Shown here: positions 8,818-16,402 of the stretch, piece by piece
Position numbering within the stretch: the stretch's first letter is position 1
Layout of the letters: every line of letters begins with the position of its first letter
Assembly (NCBI GenBank): GCA_046758705.1
Contig: JBHIAT010000025.1
Coordinates: 1-29,783, forward strand
Reading direction: 5' to 3'
Length of the DNA: 29,783 bases
From: Candidatus Bipolaricaulia bacterium
GTDB lineage: Bacteria; Bipolaricaulota; Bipolaricaulia; JBHIAT01
Program-made: the position numbers and the translations under genes
The notes under the pieces: generated by a model
The model's database searches: none
What the model was told of the DNA's origin: nothing
Seen by the model: only the letters and a program-made list of their open reading frames with translations

Positions 8818-9534
8818 GTGGAGATCCAAGCACCCTCGCTGTTGATCTCGTTTGGTGCCGGACTAACGCTGTTCTTCTCGCCGTGCATCGCCCCGATCAT
8901 CCCGGCGTATCTGGCCAACATCGCCGGGGTCGACGCGACGGCGCTGAGCGGAGACGCTTCCCGGTCGGTCCGCCGCCAGATCCTGAAGAACGCGTTCGCA
9001 TTCGTGATCGGATTCTCGGTCCTGTTCATTCTGCTCGGCTCGACGCTCGGATACCTGAGCGGTCTGCTCTCGGGGTTCCAGGTCTGGATGAACCGGATCG
9101 GCGGGACGCTGATCCTGATCCTGGCGCTGCACATGCTGGGGATCATCGAGATCCCTCTGTTGAACCGGAGCTTCGAGGTTGGAGCGGGCAAGGGAGGAGA
9201 GAAGCGCAAGAGCTACTTGGGTTCTACGATCATGGGCGCCTCGTTCGGGCTCGGCTGGACGCCGTGCACCGGGCCGATCCTGGCAGCGATCCTGGCGTTC
9301 GCCGCCACCACCGGTTCGACCTACCAAGGGACGATCCTGCTGATCGCCTTCTCGGCAGGGCTGGCGATTCCGTTCCTGGTCACCGGTCTGTTCACCTCGG
9401 CGATCGCCCGTTGGCTCAGATCTTCCCCGAAACTGATCGTTCGGATTAACCAGGCCGCCGGGGCGGTTCTGGTCGCTCTGGGCGTGATTATCTTCGCCGG
9501 TCGCATCCAGGCGCTGATCGGATTCATCCTGTGA
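8818..9534 (+). CDS. ccdA: Cytochrome c biogenesis / disulfide reductase membrane protein CcdA (DsbD-beta family)
   Basis: GTG 8818 follows GGAGG. Two Pro-Cys motifs FFSPCIAPIIPAYL and GWTPCTGPILAAIL; about 6 TM helices. Confidence 0.93.
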   Translation: MEIQAPSLLISFGAGLTLFFSPCIAPIIPAYLANIAGVDATALSGDASRSVRRQILKNAFAFVIGFSVLFILLGSTLGYLSGLLSGFQVWMNRIGGTLILILALHMLGIIEIPLLNRSFEVGAGKGGEKRKSYLGSTIMGASFGLGWTPCTGPILAAILAFAATTGSTYQGTILLIAFSAGLAIPFLVTGLFTSAIARWLRSSPKLIVRINQAAGAVLVALGVIIFAGRIQALIGFIL

Positions 9535-9584
9535 GATATAGAAGATATGAAGAACAATGACACGATGAGGAAGGTGGTTGAGCT

Positions 9585-10145
9585 ATGATACGTGTGCGTA
9601 GATGGAGAGTTCTGATCGTCACGGTGCTCCTGATCGCTACCTCAATTGTCTACCTGGATAATCCTTCACTGTTCCGGAGGGAGGATGTGCCGCTCGGGGT
9701 CATCGCCGCAGGCAGTATTAGGATTGGCGAAACGGCCCCGGACTTCGCCCTTAAGACCCTGGACGGACAGGTCGTCAAGCTCAGTGACTTCCAAGGGCAG
9801 AAGGTACTCGTCAACTTCTGGGCGACCTGGTGCGCACCGTGCAGGGCCGAGATACCGGACCTGGAAAAGGTGCACCGGCAAGGCGATGTGGTGGTTCTGG
9901 GCCTCGACCTTCAGGAACGGATCGGCGACATCGAGCAGTTCCTGGAGAATGATCTGGACGAGAATGTTCGGGTCACCTATACGATCCTGCTCGACAGCAC
10001 CGGCGATGTTGCCAATGCCTACAACCTGTTCGCCCAGCCGAGCAGCTACCTGGTCGACACCGATGGGACGATCTGGGCCCGGAAATTCGGCGCGTTCACA
10101 CCCGAGGAGCTGGAACAGCGGATCGCGGAATTCACGCGGTCTTAA
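9585..10145 (+). CDS. TlpA/ResA family membrane-anchored thiol-disulfide oxidoreductase
   Basis: N-terminal TM helix; APDFALKTLDG, VLVNFWATWCAPCRAEIP, cis-Pro region AQPSSYLVD. Confidence 0.93.
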   Translation: MIRVRRWRVLIVTVLLIATSIVYLDNPSLFRREDVPLGVIAAGSIRIGETAPDFALKTLDGQVVKLSDFQGQKVLVNFWATWCAPCRAEIPDLEKVHRQGDVVVLGLDLQERIGDIEQFLENDLDENVRVTYTILLDSTGDVANAYNLFAQPSSYLVDTDGTIWARKFGAFTPEELEQRIAEFTRS

Positions 10146-10189
10146 AAGCGAGATATCAACAAATACAAACAACAGAGGGAGGAAAGCAG

Positions 10190-11401
10190 ATGAAGTATCG
10201 GTACATAATCTCTATTTTCTTAACAGGAATCTTCCTGTTGGGAATTTCCACATCCGGATTCGCCACCCACCAGGGAATCGTGAGTCCGTCTGCGATCAGA
10301 CAGGGAGCCTTGGGGATAAAGTACTTCCTCAGAGCCGAGCTCGAGAGGACCAACTTCGATGATGTCGACTTAAGCAACGTGAGGTACCTTGCCGAGCTGG
10401 ACTTGAATCTGCTCGCCTCGGGCGGACCGCCCCGCGATGGGATTCCGTCGGTCGATTTGCCCCGATTGATATCTCCTGAGGAGGCAGCAACGTGGCTCGA
10501 GGACAACGATCTGGTCATCGGCCTCCGGTTCAACGGCGCGGTCCGTGCCTACCCGGTCAACATCCTCAACTGGCATGAGATCACCAACGACATCCTCAAC
10601 GGGATTCCCGTCGTGGTCACCTATTGCCCGCTGTGCAACTCGGCGCTGGCGTTCGTCGCCCCGGAGATCAACGGACAGATCGCCCAGTTCGGAATCTCCG
10701 GGCGGCTGTTCAAGTCGGATCTGGTGATGTACGATCGGGTCACCGGCACCTTCTGGAGCCAGATCGAGGCGCTGCCGATCGTCGGGCCGCTCGTCGGTCG
10801 GGTCGGTAAGCTCCATCAGGTACCGGTCGATATTATCCCGTGGGGATTGTGGCAGGCCGAGAATCCAGAAACCATGGTCATGGATCGACCCGTGTTCGGT
10901 GATGTGTTGGGTGGGGTTCAAACCCGACCGATCTCAGGGATCCTGTTCCCCCGGGATTACGGCCGCGACCCCTACGCCGCCTACAAGCGGAGCAACTCTA
11001 ACACGTTCGGCACCCCGTTCAGCGACACGCGTCTCAGGGCGAAGGACGATGTCATCGGCATCATCATCGACGGGGACACGAAAGCCTACGCCAGGAAAGC
11101 GTACGATGAACTGTCGCTGCTGAACGACCGGATCGGCAACACCCCGATTCTGGTGGTCAAGACTCCGGCTGATCAAGTCAGATTCTTCGTCCGCCGAGAC
11201 GTGGAGCGCGATCGCGCCCTGGAGTTCGAGTTCATCGACGGCCGACTCATCGACAAGCAGACGCGATCCGTCTGGAACTTCCGGGGAGAAGCGGTCTCTG
11301 GAGAGTTTGCCGGGACACAGTTGGAGGAGATCAGTGCGATTCCGTCATTCTGGTTCGCCTGGGTCTCCTTCAACCCTGACACAGAGCTGTTTACAGGATA
11401 A
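10190..11401 (+). CDS. DUF3179 domain secreted protein (paralogue 4)
   Basis: Signal peptide; SGGPPRDGIPSVD, NWHEITND, TYCPLCNSA, FGISGRLFKSDLVMYDR, FWFAW. Confidence 0.9.
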   Translation: MKYRYIISIFLTGIFLLGISTSGFATHQGIVSPSAIRQGALGIKYFLRAELERTNFDDVDLSNVRYLAELDLNLLASGGPPRDGIPSVDLPRLISPEEAATWLEDNDLVIGLRFNGAVRAYPVNILNWHEITNDILNGIPVVVTYCPLCNSALAFVAPEINGQIAQFGISGRLFKSDLVMYDRVTGTFWSQIEALPIVGPLVGRVGKLHQVPVDIIPWGLWQAENPETMVMDRPVFGDVLGGVQTRPISGILFPRDYGRDPYAAYKRSNSNTFGTPFSDTRLRAKDDVIGIIIDGDTKAYARKAYDELSLLNDRIGNTPILVVKTPADQVRFFVRRDVERDRALEFEFIDGRLIDKQTRSVWNFRGEAVSGEFAGTQLEEISAIPSFWFAWVSFNPDTELFTG

Positions 11402-11412
11402 TTTCAGTCAAC

Positions 11413-11460
11413 AGGAGGCAGGGAACAGCAGACAGGTAGATCCACCACCTCCTGCCTCCT
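11413..11460. terminator. Inverted repeat between convergent genes
   Basis: AGGAGGCAGG (11413-11422) pairs with CCTGCCTCCT (11451-11460) around a long loop. Confidence 0.35.
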
Positions 11461-11465
11461 ATCTC

Positions 11466-12257
11466 CTATTCTCCTTTAAGGATCGTTTCGATGGCCTGCT
11501 GGACCTCCTCAAACGACGTGGTTTTGAAGTCCGCATACTTCGTCCCGTCCTGTTGATCTCCCAGGTAGAAGCCCACCTTGTAGATCACATACACCGGGAA
11601 CGGAGATTTTTCTTGCAGGGAACGAGCCGGTTTGAGATCGTGTTCGGGGTTGTCCCCGAGAACGAACAGTGGCGGCTCTAACGCTCCCGCGTGTTTGAGT
11701 TGATCGATCGCCTCGCGATAGAGCCGCAGTTTGTCGCGCGTCCCGAGCGCAGCGGTGGTGATTGGCGGAATCGAGAGCAGGGGCTCGATATCGTGGTCGC
11801 GGAGTTTTTTGCGTTGCCCCGCCTCCCAGCCATGGGTGACGATGCAGAGCTGGAGTTCAGAGGCGGCAATGAAGTCGAGAAACTCGGGGAGCCCGTCGAG
11901 CGGCTCTGGGGCGTGAAGGATCTCGTAGAAGCGTTGTGCGGCTGCCCGATCCGAGAACGCCCCTTCCCGGTTGATCCGTGCCACCTCCCGATCCAAGATC
12001 TCCTCCACCGATTCGTCCGGGTTTCCCAGCTCCGGGTGCTGGGTGATCAAGGTGATGAACGTCTCGAAGAAGCGGATCGGGCTCTCAGGGCCGTAGCGGT
12101 TGAAGAGCGCATCTGCGAGGCGGATGATTGCCTCCCGGGCTTCGGTCTCATCGGCGAACCGATCGCGATACCGTGCGACGAGATAATCATAGCCACGAAG
12201 CCACTGCTGGTGGGTATTCACCAGTGTGTTGTCCAAATCCGAGATCAGGACAGCCAT
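11466..12257 (-). CDS. HAD-superfamily hydrolase
   Basis: Start reassigned to MAVLISDLDNTL (motif I DxDxT, GGGGG RBS); motif II IVTHG; motif IV VLGDNPEHDL. Confidence 0.88.
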   Translation of the reverse strand: MAVLISDLDNTLVNTHQQWLRGYDYLVARYRDRFADETEAREAIIRLADALFNRYGPESPIRFFETFITLITQHPELGNPDESVEEILDREVARINREGAFSDRAAAQRFYEILHAPEPLDGLPEFLDFIAASELQLCIVTHGWEAGQRKKLRDHDIEPLLSIPPITTAALGTRDKLRLYREAIDQLKHAGALEPPLFVLGDNPEHDLKPARSLQEKSPFPVYVIYKVGFYLGDQQDGTKYADFKTTSFEEVQQAIETILKGE

Positions 12258-12481
12258 CGAATCCCCCCGATTATTTTCTACCCGGTTCGTCGATATTGTA
12301 GTCGGCGGAGTCGGTTCGAACAACCGACGATCCCCAATTCCGAGCGATGGACCGAGCTACGATGTCGGATCGCTGGTGGCAACCACCAACGTTGCCGGAA
12401 CGTTTTGTGCGACTGGCATTTTCGGCCTATCAGAAAGGGAAGCTTTCCCGCTCTCGCCTTGCTCAGTTCAGCGAAGTTCCC

Positions 12482-12511
12482 TTGACGATGGCACTCGGCT
12501 TTCCCTATAAT
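12482..12511 (+). promoter_or_regulatory. Strong sigma-70 promoter for tRNA-Thr
   Basis: TTGACG-N18-TATAAT. Confidence 0.75.
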
Positions 12512-12554
12512 TTTTTAACGATCTGAGAGGAATCCAATCCTCTCTTTATGGCAA

Positions 12555-12629
12555 GCCGGTGTAGCTCAGTGGCAGAGCAGCGGTTTCGTAAACCGCAGGT
12601 CGGAGGTTCGAGTCCTCTCGCCGGCTCCA
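12555..12629 (+). tRNA. tRNA-Thr (anticodon CGT)
   Basis: Acceptor GCCGGTG/CGCCGGC, D-arm TAGCTCAGTGGCAGAGC, anticodon stem GCGGT/ACCGC with loop TTCGTAA, T-loop GGTTCGAGTCC, encoded CCA. Confidence 0.97.
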
Positions 12630-12653
12630 GCGGAGATCCAGGGAGAGGCGGGA

Positions 12654-14057
12654 ATGGAAGAACATACCTATGCGATCCGGCCGAAGAACCTGTTGATCCT
12701 GGCTGCCGCCGGTGTGATCGTGGCGCTTGCGTTGCTCCTCCCGGCGCCGTCCGGCCTGAGCGAGGAAGGGAAGCGGATGCTCGGCATCTTGGTGGTCGCT
12801 GCCATCCTGTGGTTCACCGAGGCGATCCCGTTGGCGATCACCGGGCTGTTGATCATGGCGCTCCAACCGTTGATGGAGGTCGCCGAACCGGCCGAGGTGT
12901 TTGCCGCCTTCGGGAACAACGCCGTCTTCTTCCTCATCGGTGCGTTCGCCCTGGCCGCTGCCATTGAGAAGCACGGCCTGCACCAACGGGCTGCTCTCCG
13001 CTTCCTGAGGTTGTTCGAGCGTTCCCCTCGGTTCTTCTCTTTCGGCATTATGCTGAACAGTGCGCTCCTGTCGTTCATTATCCCGGAGCATGCCGTCGTC
13101 GCCCTGCTGCTACCGATCATTATGCATATCCTGGCGAATATGGCGCTAATTCCGAAACAGAGCAACTTCGGCAAGGTGACAACGATGGCGATCGCCTTCG
13201 GCGCCTCGATCGGCAGCCTGGGAACGCTGATCGGCGGTGCACGTAACCCGCTGATGATCGGGTTTCTTCAGGAGACACTCGGAATCCAGGTCGATTTCGT
13301 CGGCTGGATGCGGGTATCGATGCCGATCGTCTTCATTACACTGCCGATCGTCTGGCTGCTCCTGGTCCGCACATTTCCGATCGAGGTCAAGGACCTCACC
13401 GAGGTGAAGCGGACGATCGAAGAGGACGTGCGGAGTTTGGGGAAGATGGAGGCTGGCTCGAAGCGGACGATCATCATCTATGCGCTGACGATCCTCGCCT
13501 GGATCTTCTTTGCCCATGATATCGGTCTCGGCGTGATCGCCATCGCTGGCGGAATCGCGCTGTTCATAATGAACGTGTTGAGCTGGGAGGATTTAGAAGA
13601 GCGGATGAATTGGGGGATCATCCTGATGTACGGTGGCGCAATCACTATGGGCGTCCGCTTGGAGAAGACGGGGGCGGCGAAGTGGATCGCCGACCTGATG
13701 CTCAAGATCGGCGGAGGAAACCCCTATGTCATCATTTTGCTGCTGATCGTCCTTTCAATCCTGATCACCGAACTGATGAGCAACACCGGGGCGGTGGCGA
13801 TGCTACTGCCGATCGGGATCGGGATCGCCCAGGCCGTCGACCGGATCTCGGTCGAGGTTGCGTCGTTCGCCATCGCGCTGTCGGCCGGTCTGGCGTTCAT
13901 GCTGGTTGTCTCGACGCCCGGGAACCTGATCGCTTACTCGTCGGGTTACTTCTCTCCCCGAGACCTGTTACGGGTCGGTGTCTGGGCGGTGATCGTCTCG
14001 ATTGTGGTGATCTTCACCGTGGCGATCAGTTACTGGCGACTGCTGGGGTTGTGGTGA
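12654..14057 (+). CDS. SLC13/DASS family (divalent anion:Na+) transporter
   Basis: Many TM helices; WFTEAIPLAIT, GTLIGGARN, TELMSNTGAVAMLLP, STPGNLIAY. Confidence 0.9.
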   Translation: MEEHTYAIRPKNLLILAAAGVIVALALLLPAPSGLSEEGKRMLGILVVAAILWFTEAIPLAITGLLIMALQPLMEVAEPAEVFAAFGNNAVFFLIGAFALAAAIEKHGLHQRAALRFLRLFERSPRFFSFGIMLNSALLSFIIPEHAVVALLLPIIMHILANMALIPKQSNFGKVTTMAIAFGASIGSLGTLIGGARNPLMIGFLQETLGIQVDFVGWMRVSMPIVFITLPIVWLLLVRTFPIEVKDLTEVKRTIEEDVRSLGKMEAGSKRTIIIYALTILAWIFFAHDIGLGVIAIAGGIALFIMNVLSWEDLEERMNWGIILMYGGAITMGVRLEKTGAAKWIADLMLKIGGGNPYVIILLLIVLSILITELMSNTGAVAMLLPIGIGIAQAVDRISVEVASFAIALSAGLAFMLVVSTPGNLIAYSSGYFSPRDLLRVGVWAVIVSIVVIFTVAISYWRLLGLW

Positions 14058-14074
14058 GGGTGAGAGGATAGAGT

Positions 14075-14977
14075 ATGCTGAAGATCAACATTTTGGTGAC
14101 GGTCTCGTCCGAATACTTCTCAGAGGCGGCGATCCGACGGGCGGCCATGTTGAACCGACAGTTTGAGGGCGAACTCACCCTGCTCTATATCATTGAGGAG
14201 AAGATGCTGCGCTTGATCGATCGCGTCTCCGAGTATGCGATGACCACCGAGGAGCGCGTGCGCGCTGAGAGGAACCTCGTCAAGGAGATCAAGGGCCGGG
14301 CCGAGGGGATGCTGTTCGAGCGGGCGGCGGTGATCACCGCTGAGGAGAGGTCCGAGATCTCTTCGTGGCGGATCGAGCAGGGGGAGTATACGCGGACGAT
14401 TCAGGAATACTGCAAGGCGAACCGGGTCGACTTGATCGTGATGAGCTTCGAACGGGCGACGCTGCTGAACTATGAGATCCTTAAATGGCCCTCCCCCTCG
14501 ATCTGGATCGAGAAGGGAACCGCTAAGGCATTGGAGAAGATCCTTGCTCTCCCCTCCAACCTGACCCTCAACCGCACCCTGCCGGAGATGGCCGTCGAGT
14601 TCGCCAGGCGATTCGATGCCCAGTTACACATAGAATACGTGGTGGACAGAACCCACCCTCATACCATGACCAAGGAGGGAAAGATCAAGAAAGAGGAGCG
14701 GTCAGAGGCGCAGTTGATCGAGAAAGGAGAGGCGTTTCTTCGGGAGCGTCAAGAACGATATGAAAAGACGGTGAAGCTGTCCACCTCCCTCTCCACAGGG
14801 CGCTTGGAACGGAAGGCCATCATAACGGCACGGGAGTGGGGAGCCGACCTCATCATCTTGGGCAGAGAGCTGGAGGTGGAACGGACGGTCCTCGGACTGT
14901 TCCGCCGGGATATCCGTCGGGATATCCGCCGTGAGATCGTGAGCACATCCCCCTGTTCCGTCCTGCTGATCAAGTAG
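14075..14977 (+). CDS. Tandem-domain universal stress protein (Usp)
   Basis: Two Usp-like halves (INILVTVS...DLIVMS and KILALP...GADLIILG...SPCSVLLIK). Confidence 0.8.
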   Translation: MLKINILVTVSSEYFSEAAIRRAAMLNRQFEGELTLLYIIEEKMLRLIDRVSEYAMTTEERVRAERNLVKEIKGRAEGMLFERAAVITAEERSEISSWRIEQGEYTRTIQEYCKANRVDLIVMSFERATLLNYEILKWPSPSIWIEKGTAKALEKILALPSNLTLNRTLPEMAVEFARRFDAQLHIEYVVDRTHPHTMTKEGKIKKEERSEAQLIEKGEAFLRERQERYEKTVKLSTSLSTGRLERKAIITAREWGADLIILGRELEVERTVLGLFRRDIRRDIRREIVSTSPCSVLLIK

Positions 14978-15008
14978 AGGCAAACAGCAACGGCAGATGA
15001 ACATCGGC

Positions 15009-15037
15009 TTGATGTTCTCCCCTCTGACCATTACAAT
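15009..15037 (+). promoter_or_regulatory. Promoter of the housekeeping operon
   Basis: TTGATG-N17-TACAAT, 28 nt before ATG 15066. Confidence 0.6.
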
Positions 15038-15065
15038 AGCAGAAGCGACAAACACACCGTCAGCC

Positions 15066-16118
15066 ATGCTCGAAGGATTTTACGCAAGGATTAGCGAAGA
15101 GTTAGGGGCCATCGAGGAGCGGCTGACGGCGCTGCTCGCCTCCGAACTGGAGCTTATCCAGGAGATCAATCGCCATATGGTCAGTGGAAAGCGATACCGT
15201 CCGGCACTCGCTCTGTTCTTCTACAAGCTGTTCGGCGGCGAGGCGGATCGGGAGCAGATCGTGGAGGCGGCGGCCACCCTGGAGATGCTCCACTTGGCGA
15301 CCCTGACCCACGACGATGTGATCGATCAAGCGGAGATGCGCCGCAACCGGCCGAGCCTGCGCGAACGGTGGAACAATCGCGTCTCCGTCCTCTATGGGGA
15401 CTTCATATTAGCACGGGTGCTTCGTGCCCTCCATGGCATGGACGACCGGGTCCGTGCCGTATTCGTCGAGACCGTCGAGCGCATCAGTCGAGGGGAGATG
15501 CTCCAGGAGGCCCTGCGGGGCAAGATCCCGACCCGGCGTCAGTACTTCGAGGTGATCGCGAACAAGACGGGCGCTCTGATCGAGACCGCCTGTGTTATGG
15601 GGGCACTGCTTGGAGACCCTGAGATCGAGGAGGAACGGCTGAAGCCAATTGCGGCGGCCGGTTTGGCGCTTGGGATCGCCTACCAGATGGTCGACGACTT
15701 CCTCGATATATTCGGGGAAGCTGCCCGAATCGGGAAACCCACCTGGAAGGATCGGGGTGAAAGCTGGATCACCTTACCGTTCATCCAGTTGCTCGAGCGG
15801 GTTGAGGGCACCGAGCGCCAGTCCATCGAAAGCCTGTTGAACAGCCAGAAGGGTCTGAAGCCGGCGGAGCAGGAATACCTCATCCGGCAGCTCGACACCT
15901 GCGGGGTCAAAGCGTGGTTTCTGAGCGAGGTGCGGTCTCGGATAAACCATGCTAAGGTGCCTGTGGACGAGTTTGAGGATTCAGAGTACAAGCAGGGGCT
16001 CATCGCATCGATAGACTTTGTCGTCGCCAGAACAGAACGCTATCGTGCAAACTCGACAGACTCCGGGCGGGGAGCGGAGGCGGAGGTGATGGAGAAAAGA
16101 TGGAGATTGAGATCCTGA
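15066..16118 (+). CDS. Polyprenyl diphosphate synthase (IspB/HepT family)
   Basis: GKRYRP, FARM LHLATLTHDDVIDQAEMRR, KTGALI, SARM YQMVDDFLD. Start moved to ATG 15066, downstream of the promoter. Confidence 0.9.
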   Translation: MLEGFYARISEELGAIEERLTALLASELELIQEINRHMVSGKRYRPALALFFYKLFGGEADREQIVEAAATLEMLHLATLTHDDVIDQAEMRRNRPSLRERWNNRVSVLYGDFILARVLRALHGMDDRVRAVFVETVERISRGEMLQEALRGKIPTRRQYFEVIANKTGALIETACVMGALLGDPEIEEERLKPIAAAGLALGIAYQMVDDFLDIFGEAARIGKPTWKDRGESWITLPFIQLLERVEGTERQSIESLLNSQKGLKPAEQEYLIRQLDTCGVKAWFLSEVRSRINHAKVPVDEFEDSEYKQGLIASIDFVVARTERYRANSTDSGRGAEAEVMEKRWRLRS

Positions 16119-16372
16119 AGATATCGGCTAACTCTAACCCGAACGCGATCGCCGGAGCGATCGCCGGAGCGCTACGCAAGATGGATCGGGTCGAAGCCCA
16201 TGCCATCGGTGCAGGCGCGGTCAATCAGGTGGTGAAGGCGATCGCCATCGCTCGACGACTCATCGAAGGAGAGGGCGGGGATGAGATCAAGATGATCCCC
16301 GCATTCATGGATATTCGGATCGACGATCAGGAGAAGACCGCGATCCGGTTCATCATCGAGCGCCCGACGTGA
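16100..16372 (+). CDS. spoVS: Stage V sporulation protein S family
   Basis: ILKISANSNPNAIAGAIA, AIGAGAVNQVVKAIAIAR, IPAF, KTAIRF. Confidence 0.93.
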   Translation: MEIEILKISANSNPNAIAGAIAGALRKMDRVEAHAIGAGAVNQVVKAIAIARRLIEGEGGDEIKMIPAFMDIRIDDQEKTAIRFIIERPT

Positions 16373-16402
16373 TCGTGCTCTACTTGGAATTCGGAGTGAA
16401 AC

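Noticed and set aside
4614-11401. Selenocysteine recoding in DUF3179 or TlpA genes
   Set aside because: All CxxC motifs use Cys codons, with no in-frame TGA at these positions.
12546-13091. ORFs 12546-13091 (-) and 12548-12967 (+)
   Set aside because: Shadow frames over tRNA-Thr and the DASS transporter.
14903-14940. Imperfect 12-bp tandem repeat encoding RRDI-RRDI-RREI in Usp
   Set aside because: Small in-frame duplication with no evidence of function.
12555-14977. Possible element integrated at tRNA-Thr
   Set aside because: No integrase and no duplicated tRNA 3' end seen; composition matches the flanks.
16145-16170. 12-bp tandem repeat GCGATCGCCGGA x2
   Set aside because: Encodes the conserved AIAGAIAG of SpoVS.
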